Shown piece after piece: positions 39,461 through 48,638 of a stretch of 64,000 bases of DNA. This DNA comes from a virus (Duplodnaviria > Heunggongvirae > Uroviricota > Caudoviricetes): the IMG/VR virus record IMGVR_UViG_3300029705_000018; one strand, 5' to 3'. The position numbers and the translations under genes were made by a program. The notes under the pieces were generated by a model. That model searched no databases and was not told where the DNA came from. It saw nothing but the letters and a program-made list of their open reading frames with translations. The stretch's first letter is position 1, and every line of letters begins with the position of its first letter.

Positions 39461-40372
39461 TTACTTTTCACCACTTTCACTCTTGGCAACCATTGTGATT
39501 GCGCCCTCGGGATTATATTCCCAATAGCAGTTATATCGGCACTTACCGGTCTGAGGAGCAGACTGGATTGCGCTGATAACCTTCTTCATCTGCTCTTCCT
39601 TCTTGGGGGAGATATTGCGAGCGATATACTTGACAATCCACAGAGCAGCGATGTTCCAGTCAGGGAAATACAGGGTTGCACCATTGTCCTTATCGATAGC
39701 CTTGACTACCCAGTTATCCTTATTTGCGCCGGTGGTTGCCGCCCACTTCTTTTCACGCTCCCACTGAATGAATAGGGGATGAACCTTGCTTCCGCGAGGG
39801 AAGGGCTTGGGCTGAGAGGGCATGGACAGGATAGTTTCCTTATCCTCCGGCTTACACTTCTCATAAAGATGCTCAACAACGGTGCAGAGCATCCGAGCGT
39901 CTTCCAGAGCATCGTGCTTCTGGACCAGATCCTTTTCATCCTGGACCAGCATATAGACTTTCCGCAGAGCCAGATCATTCTTGGCAACGAAGAACTGTTT
40001 CACAGTAGAAGCATAGTCGATCAAATTACCGGCGAGTGCCTGTGCAAAGATGATAGCCTTGGGGATGGTCATTTTGCGAGCAGTCGCGTGGAGGAAAGAG
40101 CTGTCGCAGTTGCCATAAACATAATACTCGGGAGGCTCTTCATCAAAGTTAGAAACGACGAAATCGTAAAAATCCAGAAATGCCTGATCGGCGCTGGGAG
40201 CATTTTCCAGCATTTCATTGGTAATGCCAGTCAGCTCGGTGATAAACTTATCAACCTTTTTCTTACCGGGATGAACCAGAGTTGAGAATGTGCTACCATT
40301 TTCGGCTACACAACCAATGCTGATAATGCGGTTAGAGAAACGGGTTGCTTCAAAGTCCATGAAACATTTCAT
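39461..40372 (-). CDS. DEDDh 3'-5' exonuclease (DnaQ-like) with a C-terminal extension
   Basis: 303 aa with Exo I FMDFEAT, Exo II YGNCDSSFL and Exo III HDALEDARML. Confidence 0.7.
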   Translation of the reverse strand: MKCFMDFEATRFSNRIISIGCVAENGSTFSTLVHPGKKKVDKFITELTGITNEMLENAPSADQAFLDFYDFVVSNFDEEPPEYYVYGNCDSSFLHATARKMTIPKAIIFAQALAGNLIDYASTVKQFFVAKNDLALRKVYMLVQDEKDLVQKHDALEDARMLCTVVEHLYEKCKPEDKETILSMPSQPKPFPRGSKVHPLFIQWEREKKWAATTGANKDNWVVKAIDKDNGATLYFPDWNIAALWIVKYIARNISPKKEEQMKKVISAIQSAPQTGKCRYNCYWEYNPEGAITMVAKSESGEK

Positions 40373-40411
40373 TTTTTATCAATTCCTTTCTTTTCTTACC
40401 TTTGTATATAT

Positions 40412-40440
40412 ATTATATCATATTTTTTTATAAAAATCAA
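40412..40440 (-). promoter_or_regulatory. Sigma-70 promoter with extended -10
   Basis: TTGATT-N17-TGATATAAT on the minus strand. Confidence 0.65.
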
Positions 40441-40556
40441 AAAGAAGGTTTTTGGTTAGAAAATTTCTAAATCGCTTTTAGATTTGGGGTGTCGGTTGTC
40501 TCAGTGTCAGCGGCCGGAGCAGATAAAAGAAAAATGGCTCCCGAAGGAGCCATTTA

Positions 40557-40916
40557 TTATCCAAAAATCTTATTGAAATAATTACCAATCATTTCCTCGG
40601 TAATGCCCATTGCATAAGGCTTTGCGACAATTTGACCGTTTTCATATATGGCACCATAAATTGCGCCGTCCTTATAAATCTGGTAAGGGGTTAGATAACC
40701 ACCATGTCCAGCAGTTTCAATATAGAGTACAACTCTGGTATTGATATCATACACGACATAATTGCCATATTCAATTTCCTCAATTATGGCAAAACGATTA
40801 TCAATAACTTCAACCTCTGCGCCATCAACAACTTGAGTGGCAGAACAAGCAGCCAAAGTGCCAATACAGAGTACGATAATCAAAATTATCAGCCAACAAA
40901 TAGTATATCTTTTCAT
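40557..40916 (-). CDS. Secreted or membrane protein
   Basis: 119 aa with a signal or transmembrane segment ICWLIILIIVLCIGTLAAC. A terminator hairpin lies at 40536..40556. Confidence 0.3.
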   Translation of the reverse strand: MKRYTICWLIILIIVLCIGTLAACSATQVVDGAEVEVIDNRFAIIEEIEYGNYVVYDINTRVVLYIETAGHGGYLTPYQIYKDGAIYGAIYENGQIVAKPYAMGITEEMIGNYFNKIFG

Positions 40917-40993
40917 GTTATCTCCTTATCCTGCGCAGGCGGCCATCAAAACTAGGCCGATAAAAATCCACGGAATTATTGCCCACCATTCCA

Positions 40994-41899
40994 TTATGCC
41001 ATAGCCTCCCTCAGCATTCTCGCACGAGCGGGATGCCGCAACTTGCGAATTGCCTTATTTTCGATCTGACGAATACGTTCCTTGGTAATGCCGTAGACCT
41101 TACCAACTTCTTCTAGGGTCATTGCCTTCTCGTGGTCAATGCCGAAACGCATCTTCATAATCTCACCTTCACGAGTGGGAAGAGTATCCAGAACCGCACG
41201 GACAATCTGGCTGTTAGCTTCCTTGACAAGGTTGCCGTAGCCACTTTCAGCATTATGGTCTGCTACCAGGTCACCAACACTGGTTTCACCGTCTTCATCA
41301 ACGGCCACATCCAGAGAAGATACTGCCTGAGAAATGTCCAGAATGGTCTGAACCTTTTCCAAATCTTCATTCAGATACTTGGCGATTTCTTCATCGGTCG
41401 GCTGACGATGATTTTTCAGAAGTAGTTCATTGGTTGCCTTGCGGATTTTGCCCAGAAGCTCAACCATATTTGCGGGAATGCGAATGGTGCGAGACTGGTC
41501 ACCGAGCGCACGAGAAATAGACTGGCGAATCCAGTAGGTAGCATAGGTAGAGAATCTCCAACCCTTAGTACCATCATACTTCTGAGCGGCCTTTATCAGA
41601 CCGAGATTGCCCTCCTGGATGAGATCAAGCAGGGGCAGACCGCAACCATAATATCTCTTTGCGATGGGAACAACCAGAAGTAGATTACAGCTTACCAGTT
41701 CATTGATTGCGTCCTGGTCGCCCTTGAGCGCCTTTACGCTCAATTCTTTCTCCTGGTCAAAATTCAAACGGGGGTGATTACCGATAGACTTCAGATAGGC
41801 TTTTACACCATCGAGGACTACCACATCGGCAACAGTAGCCTCGAAATCATTGAGAGCTTCCTGGGCCTCATCTTCCATAATAATTACATTTTCTTCCAT
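40994..41899 (-). CDS. Sigma-70-family RNA polymerase sigma factor (regions 2 to 4)
   Basis: 301 aa. Region 2 reads RYYGCGLPLLDLIQEGNLGLIKAAQKYDGTKGWRFSTYATYWIRQSISRAL. Region 4 reads MTLEEVGKVYGITKERIRQIENKAIRKLRHP. Confidence 0.85.
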   Translation of the reverse strand: MEENVIIMEDEAQEALNDFEATVADVVVLDGVKAYLKSIGNHPRLNFDQEKELSVKALKGDQDAINELVSCNLLLVVPIAKRYYGCGLPLLDLIQEGNLGLIKAAQKYDGTKGWRFSTYATYWIRQSISRALGDQSRTIRIPANMVELLGKIRKATNELLLKNHRQPTDEEIAKYLNEDLEKVQTILDISQAVSSLDVAVDEDGETSVGDLVADHNAESGYGNLVKEANSQIVRAVLDTLPTREGEIMKMRFGIDHEKAMTLEEVGKVYGITKERIRQIENKAIRKLRHPARARMLREAMA

Positions 41900-41937
41900 T
41901 ATTATGCTCCTCCCTTACTTTCTCATTTTCTATATAT

Positions 41938-41966
41938 ATTATATCATATTTTTTTATAAAAATCAA
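41938..41966 (-). promoter_or_regulatory. Sigma-70 promoter with extended -10 for the sigma factor gene, fused to terminator hairpin 41969..41993
   Basis: TTGATT-N17-TGATATAAT on the minus strand. The hairpin is aagcccttcc gaat gggaagggctt. Confidence 0.65.
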
Positions 41967-42008
41967 ATAAGCCCTTCCGAATGGGAAGGGCTTATATTTT
42001 ATCGGGAC

Positions 42009-42563
42009 TTAGCCTTTTGCGGAAGTGTCAATGGTGAGAAGCATCAAAGGCTTACCATCAAAAGAAATCCAGGGAGCAACTTCAACTTCAACAATAGGAT
42101 TATCGCTTCGCAAAGCGAAGGAAGTCATAACTTCAATGGTAGCACCAGGACGAATCTCAGTCATAGCATGATCATACTGCTTTGCAATGTCATCATCTAA
42201 AATCAAAATTGCAGGATCTAGACCAATACCATCCTGGAAAGCACTGACGCCATAAGTAGTAGCGAACATGGTGGTCTCTTCAGTGGTGTTAGTCCAAATT
42301 AGATATACGACCAGAGCAGGATTGCCTTCATAGTCTTCAACGATATCAAAACCGGTAATGTCAAAGTCCAGAATCGGTGCTTCGGGAGAAGGAATGAACT
42401 CATTGGTTGTTTCGAGCGGCAGAGTAGTTTCTACAACCTCAACATACTCAGTAGTAGGCGGAGCAGTCATGGTTTCAGTTACGGTGATCGTTTCATCACC
42501 GCCGCAGGCAACCAGAGAGAATACCATACACAGGGCCAGGATAAATGCGAAAATCTTTTTCAT
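42009..42563 (-). CDS. Lipoprotein, paralogue A
   Basis: 184 aa with signal and lipobox MKKIFAFILALCMVFSLVACGG. Confidence 0.45.
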   Translation of the reverse strand: MKKIFAFILALCMVFSLVACGGDETITVTETMTAPPTTEYVEVVETTLPLETTNEFIPSPEAPILDFDITGFDIVEDYEGNPALVVYLIWTNTTEETTMFATTYGVSAFQDGIGLDPAILILDDDIAKQYDHAMTEIRPGATIEVMTSFALRSDNPIVEVEVAPWISFDGKPLMLLTIDTSAKG

Positions 42564-42581
42564 ATCTTTTACCTCTTTTAT

Positions 42582-42854
42582 TTATTCAGTGACATCCTGG
42601 AAGCCACGCTCCCATTCAGCCATAGTTTTATCATATTCAGCGAAAATTTCTGTCTTGGTTCGCTTTAGCGCTTTACGAGCTTCCAACCAATAGCCAAGCT
42701 GAGTCCAGGCATTATAAGAATCACAGCCAAAAGCCATCGCAGCGATTACTACGGCCCAGTATTCTGCGCGCGTCCACTGGGCGACTGCACATACAGCCAT
42801 CAGAATTGCGAGCAGTGCCCACAGAATTGCAAAAATCAGATTGCGAGTTTTCAT
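42582..42854 (-). CDS. Small membrane protein
   Basis: 90 aa with two transmembrane helices. Confidence 0.3.
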   Translation of the reverse strand: MKTRNLIFAILWALLAILMAVCAVAQWTRAEYWAVVIAAMAFGCDSYNAWTQLGYWLEARKALKRTKTEIFAEYDKTMAEWERGFQDVTE

Positions 42855-42866
42855 TTCATTTCCTCC

Positions 42867-43253
42867 TTAGAAACATTTATCACAAGAGTCATATCCTGCG
42901 GCGATTGTTTCAGATAAAAGCATGGGGATATCTCCCCAACGGCAAGATTCAGTATGGTATTTTTCTCCAGATTTAGTGACATATACAATAGGGTCAATTA
43001 CCTCTTCCTGATCCTCAGGAGGGAAAGTCTCTTCATCGGGAATTGTCGCCTCGGGAGAGGGAACAAATCCAACTGTTTCTTCTGTCGGAGCTTCTGTTAT
43101 GGGAGGTAAAGTCTCTTCTACTACAGGTTCAGTAACCGCATATGCGATAGCTTCTGTTTCAGTCGGCTCAATTTCGATCTCAGGCTCGCCGCCGCAAGCA
43201 ACCAGACTGAAAATCATACATAGCGCGAGGATAAAAGCGAAAATCTTTTTCAT
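42867..43253 (-). CDS. Lipoprotein, paralogue B. Its signal peptide is near-identical to that of 42009..42563.
   Basis: 128 aa starting MKKIFAFILALCMIFSLVACGG, with a C-terminal Cys cluster CRW...CDKCF. Confidence 0.45.
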   Translation of the reverse strand: MKKIFAFILALCMIFSLVACGGEPEIEIEPTETEAIAYAVTEPVVEETLPPITEAPTEETVGFVPSPEATIPDEETFPPEDQEEVIDPIVYVTKSGEKYHTESCRWGDIPMLLSETIAAGYDSCDKCF

Positions 43254-43646
43254 TTACTCATCTACTCCTTCTGGAAATGTATAGTCTTCGGGGTGAATAG
43301 GTTCACCTTCGGGAATACCTTTATGTAATGTTTCATTATAGACGAGGGAGTATTTCACACTACCATCATCATATTCGTGAGTAATTAGGTAACAACGAAT
43401 AGTGCTACCTAAATTATCTTTGTATTGTTCGTGTACGCCCCATTCGTCAATCCATCGAGTTTTACAAGGGCCATATGCTACCCATACATAACGATAACCC
43501 CAATTATCGATGGAGCAGTCATATACGATAGCATCAACCGCTTCAGCAGTTGTATTTACTACATTTGCGGTCCGTAGTTCACAACCGCATAGAGTCAATA
43601 GTAGACAGAGCGCCAGTAGGAGAGTGATTAGTCTTTTCATAATCAC
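43254..43646 (-). CDS. Lipoprotein
   Basis: 130 aa with signal MIMKRLITLLLALCLLLTLCGC. Confidence 0.4.
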   Translation of the reverse strand: MIMKRLITLLLALCLLLTLCGCELRTANVVNTTAEAVDAIVYDCSIDNWGYRYVWVAYGPCKTRWIDEWGVHEQYKDNLGSTIRCYLITHEYDDGSVKYSLVYNETLHKGIPEGEPIHPEDYTFPEGVDE

Positions 43647-44425
43647 TCACCCACATAAATCACGTCGTCAACATACTTGCGGTCCTCGCCTTTGAGAATG
43701 GGCATTTCATAGTCAACGCCGATGTCGCGTCTCCATGCGGTGCCACGCTTCCAGCGAGTGGGGTAATTACCCCAGATAATTCCTTTATCCACTTCCAGCA
43801 TGGTCTTGATGTTCTGGCAGCACATACCCTGCAGGACAGCATGAGAATAATTTGCCTGACCGACCATCTGAATGGAGTTGCGGGTGGCGTCCAACTGGCG
43901 CCAATAGACCAAGTTACAGGCTTCTTCCTTGGGAATGTTGAAGCATCGGGAGTCAAACATTGCACCTTTTTCAGCGGCTCGAGAATAAGTATCAATCAGC
44001 TTGATCTCTTCATCAGTAATGAAGATTGGTTCAGTGCTGTCGATGTGCTTCTGAACTTCCTCCTGGAAATATTTATTGAAAGCCATGGTTGCCATAGAAG
44101 CAGAGATGGAACACATCTTCTGAATTTCATAATCAAACCAGGCGGAGCTGGTGAGTTTCTGGTAGTCAATCAGCAGGAGAGTGATTTCATCGGACTGCTG
44201 ATAAGCAAAAACACATCCTTGAATATTTTTCGCTAAATATTCCATAGTTCTTACCATAGCATTTCCTAATACCTCATCAAAAGGTTTTTGAAATCCTCTG
44301 GTAAAAGTATGAAATGCTTTTCCATCTATACGAATTGCCACAGGCATCCGTCTTACGAGGCGATGTTTAGGCACCGCCTCGTAATAAGTTTTCATTCTAT
44401 TTCCGAGATCATCATGAACTGCCAT
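43643..44425 (-). CDS. Thg1-like protein (tRNA-His guanylyltransferase / 3'-5' polymerase family)
   Basis: 260 aa. RMPVAIRIDGKAFHTFTRGFQKPFD is the Thg1/TLP N-terminal palm signature. Confidence 0.7.
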   Translation of the reverse strand: MAVHDDLGNRMKTYYEAVPKHRLVRRMPVAIRIDGKAFHTFTRGFQKPFDEVLGNAMVRTMEYLAKNIQGCVFAYQQSDEITLLLIDYQKLTSSAWFDYEIQKMCSISASMATMAFNKYFQEEVQKHIDSTEPIFITDEEIKLIDTYSRAAEKGAMFDSRCFNIPKEEACNLVYWRQLDATRNSIQMVGQANYSHAVLQGMCCQNIKTMLEVDKGIIWGNYPTRWKRGTAWRRDIGVDYEMPILKGEDRKYVDDVIYVGE

Positions 44426-44438
44426 AATTAATTCTCCT

Positions 44439-45176
44439 TTATAACATAAAACGACTATTTTCTAATAAATCATCTATTTTAAGTGTAGATAAGTGAGTAT
44501 AGGGTATTCTAATTAAATTAATCCCATTATCCTTACACCATTTAGTCTTAAAATTATCTTTTTCAATGGTTTTAAGATAATTTTCTTCTGTATTCCATTC
44601 ATATCCTGTAAAATAGAAGTGTTGATAACCATCAAATTCAATTACTATATTATAGGTCGGTAAATAAAAATCAAATCGTGCTTTGGCTTGTGTATCGGGA
44701 AATATACAAGTATCAAAGGTTTTTTCTTTTTCAAATTCAATATTATAATATTCTAGCAATTCTTGGATTTGATATTCACCTTTAGAGGTACCAATACATC
44801 CACAGGAAATGGTTAAACCTCGCTTAATATTTTCTCCATCTTTAATTAAAGAACTATTCCCACAATCACAATCACAATACCAAAAAGAATGTCTATTTTT
44901 TCCTCCTGTAGGATTTGGAGCCTTGCCTGTGACTACCAATTTACCAAATCGTTGCCCCGTTAAATCTATTACTCGCTTTTGGGCAGATTCTTTTTGCAGA
45001 CAACCACAACTTAAAGTATGGTTGCGACGAAGATTGTCTCCCGATACGATGGTAGATTTTCCGCATTCACATTTACATATCCACTGAACAGAACCTTGTG
45101 GAGTGCGCTCAGAATGTTCTTTTATAACGGTTAATTTTCCAAAAACCTTTCCAGTTAAATCAATTTTTCTTCCCAT
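44439..45176 (-). CDS. Homing-endonuclease-like protein: tandem Zn-ribbon modules plus a C-terminal DUF559/Vsr-like nuclease fold
   Basis: 245 aa with the repeats GKLTVIK...WICKCECG and GKLVVTG...WYCDCDCG. The C-terminus reads IEFDGYQH...LIRIPY. Confidence 0.45.
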   Translation of the reverse strand: MGRKIDLTGKVFGKLTVIKEHSERTPQGSVQWICKCECGKSTIVSGDNLRRNHTLSCGCLQKESAQKRVIDLTGQRFGKLVVTGKAPNPTGGKNRHSFWYCDCDCGNSSLIKDGENIKRGLTISCGCIGTSKGEYQIQELLEYYNIEFEKEKTFDTCIFPDTQAKARFDFYLPTYNIVIEFDGYQHFYFTGYEWNTEENYLKTIEKDNFKTKWCKDNGINLIRIPYTHLSTLKIDDLLENSRFML

Positions 45177-45277
45177 AACATTTACCTCATTTCGTCATAG
45201 TATTTTTTCTCTACTATATATAAGTTTGACGAAATAGAAATTATAATGTTTCGTCCAAAGAATTGCGGAACTCCGGT

Positions 45278-46024
45278 TCAGCGGTCGGCTGACCTGGCTG
45301 CCGCAATCTTCTTACCACCGCGCTTTGCCTTACGCTCAATGGCGCCATCAATAGCCATGCGGTGAATGGAAGTGATTTTGGAAGAAATGCCGAACTTGTT
45401 GAGGAAGGAGTTCAGATGCAGAGGCTCATAGCCGCAAGCATCGGAACAAACATTGGTATGGTTGGCACGGAAAGCGCCAGCATGGTCATGACCGTGGAAG
45501 TTCCACAGCCAGGGAATATCAACGGGTTCGTGGGTCAGAATAATCTTCTCACCGATAATCAGAGCGCCCTCATAGACCTCGTCAAAGAGGCAGTTATCGG
45601 CATGAGCCACCCATCTCTGGAAAGGAGCATGGAACTCCCACTGCTCAGTAACCCAGATCTTCCAACCGGGATACTTCTTAGTCATATCGACAACAACCTC
45701 GTCCTGAGTCCACTCGTCCTGATCGTAGATTTCTTCGACGATCTTACGCTCATAGTTAGTGCGGCCCACATCATGATTGCCCATGACTAGAACCTTATAA
45801 CCACGGAGCTGGCGCACGCATTCAATATCGCCTACATCACCCAGGAGAATCAAAGTATCCTTTCTACCAACCTTGGAATTGATCTTGGCGATATGTTCGG
45901 CGTCAGAAGGACGCTTCTTGATGCTCTTGGCGAGATCCTTATCACCGAAGTGAGGATCGGAATACATCCAGACGGTGTTCTTACACCAATGCTGGAACTG
46001 AGGATAAATTCCGGGAATAGCCAT
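45278..46024 (-). CDS. Calcineurin-like metallophosphoesterase. The start is probably the internal MYSDPHFG.
   Basis: Motifs DPHFGD, GDVGD, GNHD and GHDH are present. Confidence 0.65.
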   Translation of the reverse strand: MAIPGIYPQFQHWCKNTVWMYSDPHFGDKDLAKSIKKRPSDAEHIAKINSKVGRKDTLILLGDVGDIECVRQLRGYKVLVMGNHDVGRTNYERKIVEEIYDQDEWTQDEVVVDMTKKYPGWKIWVTEQWEFHAPFQRWVAHADNCLFDEVYEGALIIGEKIILTHEPVDIPWLWNFHGHDHAGAFRANHTNVCSDACGYEPLHLNSFLNKFGISSKITSIHRMAIDGAIERKAKRGGKKIAAARSADR

Positions 46025-46320
46025 AGTATCAAACTCCTTTTCTTAGTAGTCTAAACAATCAATTGCGAAATGGGCATAACCCAAAAGGAAGGGAATTACC
46101 AGTAGATACAGGAAAATGCAATCCGGAGCATTCAGCCAAACGCATAATGCCTGCGGCAGAAGGAAAATTAAAAAGGCAATTAGTACCGCCATGATGATGA
46201 AAAACGATTTTGCCATTGTATGAAAGTAAGGATGATCGTATTTCAGTTTTCTGAACATTCTACTTACTTCATAAGGATTTATTTTTTTCATTTCTTTTCC
46301 CTCCCTTATCTTACATAAAT

Positions 46321-46349
46321 ATTATATCATATTTTTTTATAAAAATCAA
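46321..46349 (-). promoter_or_regulatory. Sigma-70 promoter with extended -10, fused to terminator hairpin 46353..46379
   Basis: TTGATT-N17-TGATATAAT on the minus strand. Confidence 0.6.
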
Positions 46350-46626
46350 TAAAGACCCTATGGATGCCACAGGGTCTTTATCTTACCAATAAGGGTCTTC
46401 ATTGATTGAAGATATTGGTTCTTCTTCGATAGTCTTTTCCATGAGCTTTTCAACAAACTCAGTCATATGACGGCATTTGTTCTCTTGATAGAACTTGCGT
46501 CCTGCTTCAGCGACCGGATACAAGACCGCAACCAATATGCCCCACAATACACCATATCCCATAAGAGATAAAAATGCAATGCAGACAGTTAGCATTGTAG
46601 CCAGGAGCACAGAAATTCCCATGGAC

Positions 46627-47481
46627 TTAATCGTTAGCTTCTTTACTTTTAGCTTCATTTTCTAAGTCCCACCATTCCATATAAGGACTCTTGGGCAGCC
46701 ACCACTCAAGACAGTAAGTTTCTTTGTCGTACCACCGATTCCAGATGTTCTCCAAGTCCTCATAGTCGTTATAGAACTGTTCTACGCAAGGCCGTTCAAT
46801 CCGGTCGGCATGATAATGACCAAAGCACCAGCATTTCCAAGTGAAGTTATCCTTCAACTTATCCATCCAGACTTCCATGGTCTTATCGACCATAGACTGG
46901 TCAATGCCGCCGATAAACAAGTCCCGAGGCTCCCAAGAGATAGGACAAGTGTGAGAGAATACAAAGTCAAACTCTTTTCCGGTAGTATTGTTCATAATCG
47001 CCCGCATTTCAGCTTCAGTAAGCTGTTCATCGGGGAACCAGCCAGGATGTTCCTTTGTACCTTCAACCCGCTTCAACCGATACCACTTGTCAACAGAATA
47101 AGCACCGCCAACAACCAAGCACTTATGATTGTTGAGAGTGTAGACATTACCATCAACAAAATACCGAATATTGGGGAAGTCTTTATCTACATAGACTGCG
47201 CCATCCACATTGGGATCATATTCTACTTTATAACCCAAGTTTTCAGGCCGCTCTTCATGATTACCCCGAACGCAGTAGAAGGTATAGCCATATACGCAGG
47301 ACAGTTTCTTATATTTTTTATCAGTTTTATTTAACCAAAAATTTAGACCACTATCGCCTAAAATAATGATTGCAGTTTCAGTGGGAGTAAAATTGGGCAT
47401 ATTCCGATTTATATTACCTGCCCGATTGACTACTCCCATGCCACCGTGACAGTCTCCTGTAATTATAAAATTTTTTATCAT
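46627..47481 (-). CDS. Calcineurin-like metallophosphoesterase
   Basis: 284 aa with GDCHGG, GDSG, GNHE and GHYH motifs. Confidence 0.65.
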   Translation of the reverse strand: MIKNFIITGDCHGGMGVVNRAGNINRNMPNFTPTETAIIILGDSGLNFWLNKTDKKYKKLSCVYGYTFYCVRGNHEERPENLGYKVEYDPNVDGAVYVDKDFPNIRYFVDGNVYTLNNHKCLVVGGAYSVDKWYRLKRVEGTKEHPGWFPDEQLTEAEMRAIMNNTTGKEFDFVFSHTCPISWEPRDLFIGGIDQSMVDKTMEVWMDKLKDNFTWKCWCFGHYHADRIERPCVEQFYNDYEDLENIWNRWYDKETYCLEWWLPKSPYMEWWDLENEAKSKEAND

Positions 47482-47484
47482 ATA

Positions 47485-48213
47485 TTACACTCCTAAATCT
47501 TGTAAAGTTAAAGTATCTCGTTTTTCATAAGGAATACGAATAAGTTTAATATTATGATTTTTACAGTATTCATTTTTTAACTTATCACGATACTATCTTT
47601 CTTCTAAAGTTTCGGAATTGTCCCATGGAGTATAATCGTTACTATGTTGACGTCCATCAAATTCTATTAAATGAGACAAGACATTATTACTATCAAAAAT
47701 AGCAAAATCAAATCGTAGTCTTTTTTTATTTCTTAAATCTGAGAAGCTATATTCTTTAGCATAGTTAATATTATTTTCTCTTAATAATAATTCAATATTT
47801 TCTTCGCCAATAGAACGATTAGCACATCCACAACTTGTTGTATGTAATCTTGTTAGATTTGAGCCGAATATAGATACTATATTACCGCATTCACATTCAC
47901 AAATCCACTTACTTTTCCATCCATTTTCTTCTGTGCTAATATAATTATTATCTGGACCTTTAACGGTAAGTTTTCCATAAACATTTCCCGTTAAATCATT
48001 TCTTTGAGCATGACATTTTCCACAACTCATATTTTGTCCAGATTTTATTCCACTATTTAGATTGCAGCTATTAACACTAGTCAAATTACCGCAAGAACAG
48101 CGACAAATCCAATAAATATTATGACCTTTTCCCCGAGGTTTTGTTTCATCTATATATAATGGTTGTAGCTATCCTATTGTTTCAATAGAAAAATCTCTTG
48201 GTTTTCTTCCCAA
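47485..48213 (-). CDS. Homing-endonuclease-like paralogue of 44439..45176. It has a TTG start and two in-frame TAG codons read as Gln.
   Basis: Track ORF 47593..48084 extends both ways once TAG is read as sense. Upstream, GAAGGAG-N8-TTG starts GRKPRDFSIETIG(TAG)LQPLYIDETKPRGKGHNIYWICRCSCGN, matching the paralogue start MGRKIDLTGK...WICKCECG. Downstream, (TAG)YRDKLKNEYCKNHNIKLIRIPYEK...TAA matches the paralogue KTKWCKDNGINLIRIPYTH. Confidence 0.5.
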
Positions 48214-48295
48214 ATAATCAACTCCTTCTATAATAATTGAAAAAAGTCGGGGTTCAATTATTATTCTTTGTCCATATTTTCATTTCTTTATATAT

Positions 48296-48324
48296 ATTAT
48301 AACATATTTTTTTATAAAAATCAA
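48296..48324 (-). promoter_or_regulatory. Sigma-70 promoter fused to terminator hairpin 48329..48347
   Basis: TTGATT-N17-TATAAT on the minus strand. The hairpin is gggagcc ttgat ggctccc. Confidence 0.6.
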
Positions 48325-48347
48325 AAAAGGGAGCCTTGATGGCTCCC

Positions 48348-48638
48348 TTAAATGTATCGTGGAGGAATAGGATCATCTGATCGCATTTCCTTTAGTTTCT
48401 GTGCGCTCGTGGGTTCTTGTTTTGCTCCTTTTGGCATAAAGAACGCATCAAAAATATCCGCATAGGTAGTTTTTTCTAATGCTTCTCGTGCGGCACGCGC
48501 TTCTCGTTTATCTTGGACATAGCAGGCAAGTGCCTGTTTGATAAGGCACTCGCCAGCTTCATCAGTTAGTTCACATTCATTACCCTTACAGACTGGCACA
48601 TAACCATGCTGACTGCAACATAGGGGACAATAACTCAT
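48348..48638 (-). CDS. Small Cys-rich protein
   Basis: 96 aa starting MSYCPLCCSQHGYVPVCKGNECE. Confidence 0.3.
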   Translation of the reverse strand: MSYCPLCCSQHGYVPVCKGNECELTDEAGECLIKQALACYVQDKREARAAREALEKTTYADIFDAFFMPKGAKQEPTSAQKLKEMRSDDPIPPRYI

